A stretch of DNA of 64,000 nt from Ramazzottius varieornatus (lineage: Eukaryota; Animalia; Tardigrada), in the NCBI GenBank assembly GCA_001949185.1, contig BDGG01000001.1, forward strand, positions 7,638,149 through 7,702,148, written 5' to 3'. The first letter of the stretch is position 1; the number at the start of each line of letters is the position of its first letter. The notes beneath the pieces are model-generated. The model was not told where the DNA came from. It was given only the letters and a program-made list of their open reading frames with translations, and searched no databases. Shown here piece after piece: positions 26,701 through 39,598 of the stretch. Both the position numbers and the translations under genes were made by a program.

Positions 26701-27143
26701 AGCGGCGCGGTCCACCCGTTGGCGCTAGCGACATGAACACTGGCTTTCTACGGAAAGCACAATAGTTCTTCCATCGAACTGCCCATTCCGCCGTCCAGAT
26801 GGTTTAATATGGTTTGAATGTCTTCAGGTGTCGTGAGGATGCTTTTGCCCAACATACCCTGAAAGAAAGCCGGTTCGGCCTTATGTTCGCCGGAGCTGTA
26901 GGAAGGAAGGAAGAGGTCTAAGGGTGGATCGGCAGGGTTGGAGAAGAAACGCAAGCCTAGGCAGTCTGCGACGGTCACCATATTGTCCTTGTATTGCAGT
27001 CTGAAGATTGACATCTGCTTCTCTTCTTCGTTGACATCGTATGTCCATCTTGTGTTCGCGGTCTGCCGTGTGAATGTCGGTACGATACGCTTGACAAACT
27101 GCGAGAAGGGGTCCACTTCCGGTTGGCATTCCTGACAACCCAT
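23750..27143 (-). pseudogene. Unknown family copy E, pseudogene
   Basis: Family motifs present throughout. Exon 1 is broken by a stop and frameshifts (26748; ~26400-26510). Exon 4 has a frameshift and a CGA>TGA stop at YNYWTKPASD* (24969-24971). The last exon is still open. Confidence 0.8.
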
Positions 27144-27645
27144 CTCCCCTACGTTGGCCGTCTGGCCTATGACACCCTCTGTTGGCAACTGCTGGACTGC
27201 GCTGTAAGTAATTCGCTCCTTTTCTGTAAAACAGCAAGATCATTAACTTAGCAATGCGCCGGACGTTGGTCATCCAGATTCCGGAAAATGGTCCCCAAAT
27301 TCCCAATTCCCACTTCTTAAGATTCCAAAACATACGCAATGGCATAATACGGAAATTGCGATAAACAGTGCTAAGTCCGACTGATTGTACGGTTGATTGG
27401 ACATGCAACACATAGCTTGATTTGCCAGAAGTGGTTTTTTCTGGCTTTCATTGTTCACCGTTTCCGATCCTCAATCCTCACACCTAAGTTAGGAAGCTCG
27501 ACCATTTCTTGCTGTTGCAGGTGAACAGGAATCAGCTTGTGCGTCAGGCTTCCTGCGCTGCTATCGTCGACGGTCACTGGTGTCAGGCGCTGAAAAACAA
27601 CGCATGTAACCGTAGCTATACCCGAACGGCTCAGCAGCAGACAAG

Positions 27646-30600
27646 ATGGAGCGTATCAACAACAAACGTCGCCACGACCACGATGCTTTCGCTGACTTTG
27701 TTACGTTGGTCGTCCCGAAAGTCGGACTAGAAAGAGCGAAATGGAAATACGACATCCGGAGTGAGCAGCGGAAACTGACCATCTTCAGACTGAAATACAA
27801 CGAAGACGACGTCGCCACTGTGGCTGACTGCCTGTCCCTGCAGTTCCAGTCTGTGGCCTCCGACTCCTTCGACTACTCGCTCAACCCCAGCTTCAGCTCT
27901 GGCGGACAGAAGAAAGACCCGTCGTATATCGAAGGTCTATTAGGCAAGCGGCACTTGTCGTCGTTCGTCGATATTCAGAACCTGTTGAGTTATTTGGAAG
28001 CATTAGACGCTCTTCCGGATAACAACGAAGACGTTGGTTCGTTGGAATTTGATGAGCCGACGTATCCGCTGTTCGAACGTAAGAGAAGTTTCAGTAGCTC
28101 CATCCATTCAGTGGAAAACGCAGAAGGACAAGACTCGGAAGGGTCGTACTATGAACCGAAGAAGCGGGGCAAGAAATCGCAGCGGAAGATTGAGGATGAC
28201 ATCGATGTTGATTCTCCTCCGATTCCGAAGAAGAAAACAGCAGCCACAGGTCAGCCGAAGAAAGATGAGAAAGGGGTTGGAGAAGAGGCCATTACACCAG
28301 TGAAACCTAGAGAGAGAAAGTCTCGACCAGCGACTGCGGAGAAGAAGAAGGTTGGGAGACCGAGGAAGGAAATCAAAGAGGACGAACTGAAACTCTTATC
28401 GAAAGTCTCGCAGTCCTTTGGAGTCGGAGTAACTCCAGCACCCATCATGGCAAGAGAAAAGGAGCTTCGAACTTTAGAAAAGAAGGGGAAAGGACCTGGT
28501 CGGCCAACAAAAGAAGAACAGCTTCTGAAGAAGAAGGCTGCTGAAGAACTTGTTGAGAAAGCGCAGTCAGGTTTCCCTGCGTTGCCTGCTCATCCATCTT
28601 CTGGTGGGACCATCTTCTCCTCGCAGTACTGGAACACTCCGGCGCCTTCTCGGGAGAAGCTGAACTGTGCCATGGGTATCCATGTCGATAAAGACACGAT
28701 AAAGAATCTTCCGAATGTAGCAGACGCACCTGTTGAAGAACAGCTGGCGCAGAGTGTCAAGTATGGTTGGATGCTGCTGGAGCACCTGCTGGGTGGTAGT
28801 GAAGCCATTTGTCGAAGCTTTGCCTATACTTCCAGCGGTACTTCCCCGATTGAGAAATGGGAGTTGACAACGACCGTCGACAAACTCCTTGACGGGATAA
28901 TGGGTGAGGAAAAATTTCGGTGATATTGAAACAGAAGTTTTGTAAAAAGCAAGCCAAAATGGAGAATCGAGCTCCAGTCGTCTGATGGTTTTCCCTGTGT
29001 AGTAGATTGAATTTGAAGCCCAACGGTTCGATTCCCCCTATCGATTCACTTCTGCAAAAAAGAGTACTTAATTGTTTTCTCAGTGAAGGCTGACGGGCTT
29101 TTGGAAATCCTTTGTCTTTTCAGAGCATATGCGACATTCGTTTTCACTGGAAACAACGGATGAAGTACGTAAAGGCATCATGGTGATCCTCCGACCAAAG
29201 ATGGAGATGAAGTACTCGGACCAAAGGGGTTTCAGGAAGAGGAACCAGCCGAAAGACCTTGCACCTACTCGACAACCCTCGGACATCTTTCTCCTTACTC
29301 ACCTCGAAGGATGCTCCTACCCGAAGCCTGGCAAGGTTCAAGTCGCTCATGGTTTCGACTTCTACATCGACGAGGTTAAGCTAAAGGAAATCAAGGACCA
29401 GTTTAAAGACAAGGAAGAACCTGAGAAAAGACGCTATGGCCGATTTGGTATGCACCTCGTGGCGGAGTTGGTTGGTGGTTTCGACGTCTACTTGAAAGGT
29501 GCGAAACAGGTCGGTGAGGGCCTTGGATCGTTGGCGCTGATCGGAGACGATATCTTCGAAGCCATTTACCGTAAGTCAAACAGACGTTCGTAAGGGTTTG
29601 TGAGAGAACGGCGCGAATCGCCGGCGGGCTGCTCATGAACCTGCATATACTAACTATGGAACTTGTCATGGTACACGAGTACGCAGGTGTGTGAAATCCT
29701 GGTTTTTATGATTTATTTTTGGCAGTGAGGACCCGGAAGACATTCGGTGTGGAAGACACCTTAACAATGTCTCAGTTCCGTGGCTTCATTCGAGGATATC
29801 TGGAACGGAGAAAAGAAATCAAGGTGAACGAAGATACTGGCCTGATGGCGTCCGTTCTATTCCGTCCTATTCCTTCCACTTCTAAGTGGCCTCCAGTTGG
29901 CTCGATTGGTCCTCGAGACCCACCGGCAGTACCCGGTTGTAATTACTGGATTAGTCCAGGCCCTCATCGGACACGTCTTGCCCCCAGTAGCGAATTCTAC
30001 GTGGACACGACCAGGTCTGTAACTCGGTTTGTGGAATAAATCATCGAGTCATATTGATCGGTTGGACTTTAGGTTGGCCGAGTATCAGCGCTACTTGGGT
30101 CCTGAATGCGGGAAGACAACCAAAGGCCAGCACGGTAAAGACTGGGCGACCTACCTGAAAGTGCTCTTGCAGTATGCAGCTGGTGGAGAAGAGCAGTTCT
30201 TGAAGAGACTACTGGAAAGGAGGAAAGCCAAGCAGGAAGGACAAGTTACGGCAGTACTCGACGACGCTTTGGTACTAGCCATCTTTGGTAAGGACCTACT
30301 TTTATCATAATTCACGATTGTTGACACGAATATTTGTTGCTGACGTAAGCAAGTACAGTCGACAAGAATGTTTTCCAAGTGGCGCCCATTTCCAGTGTAA
30401 CTGGTTGGAACTCGCCTGGAAGCGTGAGCCACTTGGGAAAGCAGTCTCATTTGGCGCACCCCTTCACCTTTGTAAACATGCGCCACTTTGTACAACGAAG
30501 TTGTCGAGGTTGCCCAACAAGCTTTTGTACAAATGACAAATTTGTACAAATCTCAGAGCATGTGACGACCCTCTTCAAGGCCCCGAAGAACAAGCAACAT

Positions 30601-31170
30601 CTGCCAGAATGTATCGAGAACTTCTCCAGTCGCCTACTTGACCTGTACGATAAGGGTGTCACACGTTGGTACTTTCCCGGCTTGGATGAACGTCCGAAAC
30701 CTGAAGGTGTGTCCATCCTCGAAGAGATGGAATACTGGCGGAAGCCGGGACCTGACCGAACACAGCTTCGTCCGGGCCACGATATCTACATCAGAACCAA
30801 GATGCTGGAAAGTATCGCCTCCTACTTCGGCCCAGGCTCCAAGGAGAGCGACATCAAGAAGTATAGCTTCGGTGTGATGATGCACATGTTAGGTGGACCG
30901 GAAACATCGCTGAAACTGTGGACAGGGAAGTACTTCCTGGAAGGCTTCCGTTCCATGTTTGTCTTTGATGATCTAGTGGCTGTTTGTCTGCATTCGGATG
31001 AAGTGTTCCACTTGATGTTCTCTGTTAGTCCGACCGATAGTCTGATCTATGCGGGTGTGAGGATGCATCGACGGGATAGGCATCATAATGCCATGCAGAA
31101 GCGGATCGCCAAAGGGGCGAAGTTGCGGTATCCGAGGAACTCGTTGCATTACGCACTCAGTGAGTCATGA
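27646..31170 (+). CDS. Unknown family copy F, apparently intact 5-exon gene with AT-hook-like motifs in the linker
   Basis: Exons ~27646-28903, ~29124-29570, ~29726-30014, ~30073-30287 and ~30558-31170. Linker contains KKKVGRPRKE and KGPGRPTKE. All four YW..P..R..L-type repeats are present. Confidence 0.85.
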
Positions 31171-31597
31171 CCAAGTTTCATGTGCTGCGTCTAGACTCTG
31201 ACTTTCTTTACCTAATCTGCTTCGCGTTGCGCTGTTGTTTTTCTTCCTTTTCTTTTATGTATTTTATGTGCCTTGGTTCACCACTTTGATCTAGCAATTC
31301 AGTAAACGTTCAGACTTTTGTTGCTCGCTGAGGAGAGAAATTGACTCGTCCATGGTATAAACTGTAACAAGCAGAAATTCGCAGTCCTATTGAGAAAGAG
31401 GTTCTTCCAACACAGAAAACTAACCAAAAATGTCTCAAAATCCACAACAACAAAAAAGAAGCCGGCTAAGAAATGGTCTATTCAAAGGTTGGAATATCAT
31501 TCACAACACAAAAAAATCCAGATGAACTCCGAAAGTTATAACTAAGGGCAAGAGCACTTGATACAGTGCGGAAAACAACAGGTTGAGGTTAGTTATC

Positions 31598-32899
31598 TCA
31601 GTCGTTTCCAGACGGCTGTGACGCCTGAGAGCTCGCTCCACCAAACTCTGACTCTGTAGTGGACGCCGCGACAGACGGCAGCGTACTGGGCTGCGGTTCG
31701 CCTCGGTACAAGGCCAGGATGTCAGCGTGGAGGGTTTTGTAGACTTCAAACTGAGCTAGGATGGCTTGGATCTCGGGCGTTACTCGCTCGCGACCCTTCC
31801 GAATTTTCTGTATAGTCTCTTCTCGCAGCTTATCATCTGTAAGCACAACAGTCTTTCGTTTAAGCATCGCTCTTCATTAAGAGCTTCTTACAGTCCACTT
31901 CCGGTTTATAAGAAGCAGCCAGCCTCTTGTTGGTCCGTAGGAGATCCACCATCATCGCGGAAGGTTCGTTGAAAACCTGAAGAAAAGAGGAGGCTTAGCA
32001 GCGTTGTTCGATGATCATCAATGGCCGGTATGAACTCACGAACTCGTCGTAATATTCTGCAACGAGCCAGTCGTCTTTGTTGACGAACAATGTGTGCTCC
32101 GTGTCTTTCTTGAAAAGACGCACCCATGTCCATAGGGTAACCTGCAAACCCACTGGTCACGAGTTCTTCGAAGGAAAGTCACTTCAAAGGCTACCTTTCG
32201 GACGGCTTTGTCGCGTTTACCTGTCGTTCGTTGGGGTCGACGAAAAACACCTTTACTTGCACTTCGAACTCCCCCCAGCCGGTTTCTTCCACCTCAAACG
32301 GTGCAGAGTTCAGCGCTGAAGTCAAAACATGACCACACTGTCAAGCTTCGGGATAGTTGCGGTCCGTAATTTATACGAGACAAGCAGACTTACAGCGTAG
32401 GCAATTTGGATAAGTGTCGTGCAGCTTGAACTGCACCTTCTTTATCCAGACGGAGAGGTCCTGCGGATCAGACAAATATAGTAGGTAAGCCCAGCTTGTA
32501 TACTGTGTACGGATGGGAGGTAAGTTTGCGGTACCTCATTGGTGTATGGACGGAGGTATATCACCCATTTGTGGGAATGGGAACTTCCGGGCGCATTGGT
32601 CGCAGCAGCGGACTGAGCGCCGAGTGGAGGATACGGGTTAGGGATAGATTCTGGCAGTCTCTTCGAACGGCATCCAATCAGGAAGGGCCTAACGATTTGG
32701 ACATTCTGCAAAGACAAGCTGGTCGCAATCATTCCAGTGCAGTCTACACTAAACTAAGACAACAGACTGCCAATTAAACTTCCTTAAGTAACTAAAGTAA
32801 GGCAACGCACGCAGCGCCAAATTTAAAGCTCACCTTCTGTCGGCCACCCGAGTCGAATCCCCAGTCATCACTCTGAACTCGCGGTAGTGTTCCAGACAT
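31598..32899 (-). CDS. YEATS4: YEATS domain protein 4 (GAS41/Yaf9), NuA4/SWR1 subunit
   Basis: Spliced translation DSGGRQK/NVQIVRPFLIG..HSHKWVIYLRPYTNE/DLSVWIKKVQFKLHDTYPN..PFEVEETGWGEFEVQVKVFFVDPNER/VTL..LVAEYYDEF/VFNEPS followed by a coiled-coil tail matches the GAS41 pattern. Confidence 0.92.
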
Positions 32900-33618
32900 C
32901 GCCCATGCAAAATTCCAGCAAACAAAATAACACAGCGGCAGGAATAAAAGATGCCCGAAAAATGGAAAGAAAATACGAAAACAAAGCCAAATAAATCGAT
33001 TCGCGGTATTGCGATCAAGTTGGACACCGCTCACAACATCCATGTTTTTCAGACGAACGACTCTACCAGTAAGACTGTTGCTTGATTGCTTGAACCACTA
33101 ATAGTCGTCTTTTCGTTGCGGCGTACCGTTCTATGTTTCTCAGCCATACACGAGCTGCTAAAGGGGGCCTTGCCGGAACGCCAAACAGACTGATTGAGAG
33201 ATTGATTGATTACGTTCTGCTAACTAATAGTTGAGACCGATATGGTATTCGTCATACGTTGGCGATATACAGTACGTAATGTGATGTAATCTACTAACGA
33301 AACTCAAGATGAGCTCTTCATTCAATCAAGGGATCCGAGCAACAAAAGCAAACCGTCTCGCCAAACACAAGCAACCGCTGGGCTGCAAAATGCGTGAGTG
33401 ACATAGTTTGAACCGGGTGTCTGTGTTTTAAAGTCTACACCACGTACACGTTACCAGCTGTTTGATAATACAGACATCAATTTGTCACCGCCAGATAAAA
33501 GTCCCACTGTAGCTAAGATGAGTTGTAACGTCACCCATAAGCGCAGCAGCTGATCAGAACTTTGCTAGCCAACCGTAACTCCGATAACGCTATTTTTTGA
33601 AAATAAGGGGAGCTCCGG

Positions 33619-34199
33619 TACTGCTGGCAAAAATACGGTAAAATTCGATACGACATTTTTCGATAAAATGTCGGGCGCTTTTTCGTTACGATATTTTTCC
33701 GACACCGTATTATCGATGAAGCGTATTATATCGCAGCGATATTTCGATATTACTAGAATTTTAGTTTTTCGGAATTCCACTGGTTCGGGCCCAAAAACTC
33801 AAGAAGCCGATTTCCACATAAAGCATTACTAAGATCGGAAGCGTCGGATACAGCAAGGACGTGACTATACTAAGACCTTAAACACATGGAAACCTGGAAA
33901 GAATTAGTAAGACCGAATGGGCGGACTGTGGTCGGTACACCATGGCTGAAATCAAGTCTTTGAAATGAACCATGGTCTTCCGTAAGCGTGATATCGCTGG
34001 CGAGTTGGCCATTCAGCAGAATACAGATATATCAAAAATATATCGATATGGCGCGATACGATATCGTCAAATATTTTATTGCGTCATTCGATATGAGCTT
34101 CATATGGATATTTACGATACGATATCTGTCGCATATTTTATCGCAAGGATTCGACATATTTCGATACCATATCGGTATATCGTATCGTTGCCAGCACTA
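33619..34199. mobile_element. Non-autonomous hAT-type MITE, family 2
   Basis: TIR TA(C/G)TGCTGGCAA / TTGCCAGCACTA. Perfect 8-bp TSD agctccgg (33611-33618, 34200-34207). Dense subterminal CGATA/TATCG repeats. Confidence 0.9.
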
Positions 34200-34565
34200 A
34201 GCTCCGGAAAGCCAGATGTAGCTACACACTGACACGTCACGAAGGGGGGCGGAGCAAGGCCGTAGCTACAGTTGCAAAGTGAACGGGAGTGGCAACTTAA
34301 TCTCTATAATGATTAATCAAACGCCGTTTTCGACGGCTTGCGGTTTTGCCAGGCCATCTGCAAGTGGAGGCCCCTTTTAGCAGCTCAACACTGTTCTCAG
34401 TTACTTCCGGTTGATTGCGAAACTGCCTTGTTAGTCGACCGGACCACGAGCAGTTTTCTCTTCCAGATTCCCTGGTCGTTTGCCGTGCAGCCCGCGCTTA
34501 TCTATAGTGTGCTTAAGCTCAACCGTTCGGGCTGCGGGTCTGTGTTTGGTGCGAAACACCACGAC

Positions 34566-36631
34566 ATGGCTGACGAAGAGATGAAGGGAATCCCGGACGA
34601 GATTAAGGAAGAGATGGAAGATGACTGGTCGGGAGACGACGGCGGCGAGGACGATGCCTCTGGAGCAACTGAAGGGAACGAAGAAGACGGTGACGAAGAG
34701 GAGGACGACGATGCGGATGAAGATGGAGAAACCGGACCATCGCGTGTGTACCTTCCTGGTGACGCAGACGACGCTGAGAAGGCCGGTGATCTGGTGTGCG
34801 ATGAATCGGCTTACGCTATGTATCACACCTGTGGAACGAGTAAGGTTGTCTTCCGAGCTGGGGAAAAGTATGGGATACGTTTAAGATTTCTTCTGTACAG
34901 TGCTGCCTTGCCTGAGCTTCGATGTGATCTTGGACACGCTGGGCGACAACCGAACGACGTTTCCCGCGTCATGTTACTGTATCGCCGGAAGTCAAGCTGC
35001 TAAAGCCAACCAGAACTCCCTGCTGGTCATGAAGATGTCGAATTTGACAGCGATGAAGGCTGCAAAAGATCCAGATGAGGAAGAAAGTGATGAAGAGGAT
35101 AGCGAAGATGAGGATGAGCTACCTGAGCTGGAATGCGCGCAGATCCGACACATTGGCAGCGTTAATCGTATCAAAGTAAGTGAATGACCGGAAGTGCGTC
35201 TCTCTACCGGGGTGAACCACTCAGATAACTGAATAACCCTGTTACGCCGGCGCAAAATGTCAAGGGCGTATTTCTATAGTGGCGTATAGTTCACGAGTGA
35301 TCAGGTTCGGCTTGAAACCACTGTTGTGCTTATTTGTAGTATGCGAGAGTGAACCATCTTCCGTTAGCTGCTTCATTCTCCGAGACGGCTAAAGTGCACA
35401 TATGGAACCTGACTAACGCGCTGAGGGCAGTGGAAGACCCAAGAGTGATGGCCAACTTCAAGCCGAACAATCCTGACTACTCACCCTTCTTCACATTCTC
35501 TGGCCACAAGACCGAAGGCTTCGCGCTGAACTGGTCCAAAGCGGCACCTGGTTATTTGGCAACAGGTTCGTAACGCTGAAAATTTTGAAAGAAAATAGAT
35601 CGCTTTTCTGCGGGATATTTGTTCGTTCCGAATATAACGGTCCATATCGAAACGCGTAACTTGACCGTTATAGGCGACTGCAATGGGCTTATCCACGTAT
35701 GGACACCCGGCCAAGGTGGACAATGGAACGTCGATCAAACACCTTACAGAAGTCATACAGGGTCGGTGGAAGATATCCAGTGGAGTCCGAACGAGCCTAA
35801 TGTGAGTACAAATTACACGTTTTGTTCGCTCTAGTTGCCGAAAGTATCTTTGATCATTTCTAGGTCTTTGCTTCCTGCTCAACAGATAAGTCTATCCAGA
35901 TATGGGACATACGAGAGAAGAACAAGAGCATGCTGACTGCCAAAGACGCTCATACAGAAGACGTCAACGTCATTCACTGGAACCCGACAGAACCTTTCAT
36001 TGTATCCGGAAGCGACGCAGGCGACATCAAAGTATGGGACCTGCGTCGATTCAAGGTTGGTTCAGATTTTGAGAAATAAGGAACGCAACTGGAGGACGGC
36101 AAACCCACTTGATCAGATTGATTTTCCAAGTGGCGTATGCTATCAGCCAATAAGACTGAAACCGTGAGTCACTTCAACCGTGTCAAGTTTGTTTCCCAGA
36201 TGGTGCATGTTTTCAATGTTAATGACCGCAAACTTGCGCCACCTGAGAAAAGAGTCCTTTCAAGTTTGTTTCCCGGGCTCTAAAGTAGATATTCGTAGTA
36301 AAAGTTCATGTTTTTTCTTCTGCAGAATAACGGTCCAGCAGTGGCAGTATTCCGTCATCATCGTGGACCCATCTGTAGCATAGAATGGCATCCCAACGAC
36401 TCGACTGTCTTTGCAGCAGCTGGTGAGGACAACCAGCTAACACAGTGGGACATTGCCGTGGAGAAAGGCGAAGACGAACCGCAGGAACTCGAGTCGGTTC
36501 CTCCACAGCTACTCTTCATCCATCAAGGGCAGACTGAAATCAAAGAACTGCACTGGCACCCACAAATGCCGGGTGTCATGTTGAGCAGTGCACTTAACGG
36601 GATTGACATTTTCAAAACCATTAGCGTATAA
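34566..36631 (+). CDS. GRWD1: Glutamate-rich WD repeat protein 1 (GRWD1/Rrb1)
   Basis: Acidic N-terminus, [20 protein letters not shown] (CAF1C_H4-binding-like), [25 protein letters not shown], and a C-terminal [31 protein letters not shown]. Confidence 0.95.
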
Positions 36632-36850
36632 CTCAGTTTCTTAAATTCCCAGCTGATCTTTATCGATTCCCTTCATTCACTTCCTCCGCGATCAACAATG
36701 AGGAACAGACTCGATAAAAGAGTCTTCACAAGCAAAATTGCGCCCATAACAATACCACACATACACACACACACACATTCCGGTGAGCACACTTTGGGGA
36801 AAGACGGTTTGAAACTGCAAAAAATCAGTACGTAACAGTGAAAGTGTTGA

Positions 36851-38389
36851 TCAGGCGATAGATTGAGGTTCTTTCATGGTGAGGTTCAGGGAAGAAAGCC
36901 AGCTGGTTCCTCGCAGTTTGATTGTGCCTTTCTTGGCCGTCACTTCGATCTGCGGAGCATCGCTGCCAGCAGCGTTCAACTTACCGTGAGATTTGTGTGA
37001 CAGCTCTCCTTGAGATTCATCTTTTGAGCTGGAGAGCTCGACATCGAGGTTCTCCGTCACAATGTGGTGAGGACTGTCGAACTTCAATGAGGCTCTGATG
37101 GAGTCGTTCAAGCCCAGCAGAACGTTTCCTTCGAGCGAATAGATCTTCAGCCTCTTCGTGTCGGAGACTGAGGCATTGAGACTTCCTCTCCCCATACTGA
37201 GATCCATATCACCCTCAAGATTCCCTGAAAGAAAGCAAAACTTTGCCAAATGTGAAGGCGGTAAAATTGCGGAAATCGAAACCGTATCACCATAACCGAA
37301 CCCATGTAACGAACTGAAGTGTACCATAGGCGAAGCCACGTACAAGGCAATCGACCACTAACAATGCGCATAGCGTCACGACAGTCATGTCGATAAGCCA
37401 GTAAATCATGACAACATGCGCGAACGAAACAGAGAAGGTAAATTTTACCGATTTCGACGTTCCCGTCTGTTGTCCAGACCTTCACGTTTCCTTGTAGATT
37501 GCTGGCGCTGATGTTTCCCTGCCGACTAGACAGCTGTACTTTATCTGCGTAAATGGCCTTGCACGAGATGGGACCTTCGAAGGTATCGATATTGATCGTT
37601 GAGCCCTGAAGTCGGTCCGCACGCACAAAACCGGAAACACCCGTTTTGATATTCAAATTTCCCGTAAGGTATCCCGTGATCTCGACACTGCCGTTATTGG
37701 CGAAAATGTTGGCATTTTGAGTCTTGATTTTGTGAAGATGTACTCTGCTGTATTCCGCAGAGATGTTGCAGTGCGAAGGCTGAAGATCTTTCAACTTGAC
37801 GTCGGCGTCTCCGATGGCCGAAATGTCCAGCGCTATCTTGTCAGGAACTTGTACGCTGCAACCACAGTACTCAGCGTGCTCGCCGTTCGTGCAGGACATA
37901 CTGAGGATTTTCGCATCTGAGACAGAAGACAAAAGCACTGCTGAGCTACTGAATGGGAAATGGTTGAATAATACAGGACCTTACAAAACGCAATTACATC
38001 ACATGACATATCAACATAAAACCGCTCACCCATGACATCACGCTTCTTTACGCAAGCGTGAGCACTTATGAGCGGTTAAACGGTTATTTTTTATGATGTC
38101 ATGCGCGAGTCAAGCCAAAAGCGGTCTGCTTTCACTTGTTACCGTATCCTTTGACGGGCGTGAAGTCCACCTGGTGCTGCTCCACGCGGCATCCAGCGCA
38201 GTGGGATACAACAACTCGATCTCCGTCAGGGTACTTATCAGAATCTAGCGGGACGATCTTAGGAGAGCAATCCGACACGCGAAGCTGAAGTAGCCCAAAA
38301 GGACTGACTTTAAACTCTGTCAGCTTGCTGTGAATCTTACTGGCCAAGTCTTCTGTGAAGCGTCGAGTGGCTGTCGCGCGGAGGAACAT
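36851..38389 (-). CDS. FAM185A-like / DUF4097 beta-repeat protein, probable mitochondrial presequence
   Basis: Three or more exons. N-terminus MFLRATATRRF..; FKVSPFGLL motif; repeated i.i.t..G.i units; C-terminal GTIKLRGTSWLSSL resembles the FAM185A end. Assignment is from motif recall only. Confidence 0.6.
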
Positions 38390-38521
38390 GGTCCAAACAA
38401 GATTTTATGGGCACAAAGATTCAGGACGAGGGAGATCAGTAGGCGAGAGGAACTTTAATAACAACTCGTGAATCGAGATCCGATATTAAATGGGCCATTA
38501 ATTGCAATGGAAACCAACCAT

Positions 38522-39199
38522 CAGTGTTATTTTAATGATTGTAATAGATAATTTAAAATGGTTGAAAATCGGCCGTTTTGAATTTTACTATGATAATTAA
38601 AATTGGCAAACTCAGCCAACGGATTCTACTATATAGTAAAATTATAGTACAATTGGCTGGATGGTGGAATAGTAAAATAGATAATTAAAACTGAGCCAAA
38701 CTGGGATAACAATGGGGTTAAAATGCGGGAGAAGGGCCGAAAATGGGCGATCTATGATATTTTTTGCATGATTTCCGTTGTTTGACACTAGACAACATCC
38801 CCCAAACGCAACCTAGGTACTGCGTATGAGCTCAGTTTGCGCACCGGGTCAAGACCAAGCGCACCAGGTCAAGCGCACCGGGTCTTGACCGGGTCATGCG
38901 AAGCGAGCTGCGTACCACATAGTTTCGTACCGCGCACCGTGAATGGTGCGTTTTGTGCCGCTGCGGTGCATTTATTCAAAATCTGAAGAGCTAATAGTGC
39001 GTCAGCATGGCGTAAAATGCGCTTGTTGGATCGCCCACAATTAAAATAATTAAAATTGCTGCTGCTAGCACAAGTAAAATTAATAGATAAGAGAAATTTC
39101 ACGCGAACCGTTTTCTGCAATTGAAATTATAAAATCTGGTAGAGTTTTAATGATCGTAATAGCAATTAAAACTCCAAAAGTCATAGTAAAATAACACTG
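38522..39199. mobile_element. Non-autonomous hAT-type MITE, family 1, copy 2 (inverted relative to 4348-4992)
   Basis: Same 13-bp TIRs, and the internal sequence is the reverse complement of 4348-4992 with some divergence. The right TSD is hidden by the N gap. Confidence 0.9.
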
Positions 39200-39598
39200 N
39201 NNNNNNNNNNNNNNNNNNNNNNNNNNNNNNNNNNNNNNNNNNNNNNNNNNNNNNNNNNNNNNNNNNNNNNNNNNNNNNNNNNNNNNNNNNNNNNNNNNNN
39301 NNNNNNNNNNNNNNNNNNNNNNNNNNNNNNNNNNNNNNNNNNNNNNNNNNNNNNNNNNNNNNNNNNNNNNNNNNNNNNNNNNNNNNNNNNNNNNNNNNNN
39401 NNNNNNNNNNNNNNNNNNNNNNNNNNNNNNNNNNNNNNNNNNNNNNNNNNNNNNNNNNNNNNNNNNNNNNNNNNNNNNNNNNNNNNNNNNNNNNNNNNNN
39501 NNNNNNNNNNNNNNNNNNNNNNNNNNNNNNNNNNNNNNNNNNNNNNNNNNNNNNNNNNNNNNNNNNNNNNNNNNNNNNNNNNNNNNNNNNNNNNNNNN
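39200..39598. other. Assembly gap (N run)
   Basis: Continuous Ns beginning immediately after the MITE TIR. Confidence 1.

Noticed and set aside
5624-31170. Cluster genes as transposases or as known tardigrade tolerance proteins (Dsup, CAHS, SAHS, MAHS)
   Set aside because: No DDE/RT/HUH motifs, TIRs or TSDs were seen around the copies. The proteins are large, multi-exon and globular-repeat, unlike those families as I know them.
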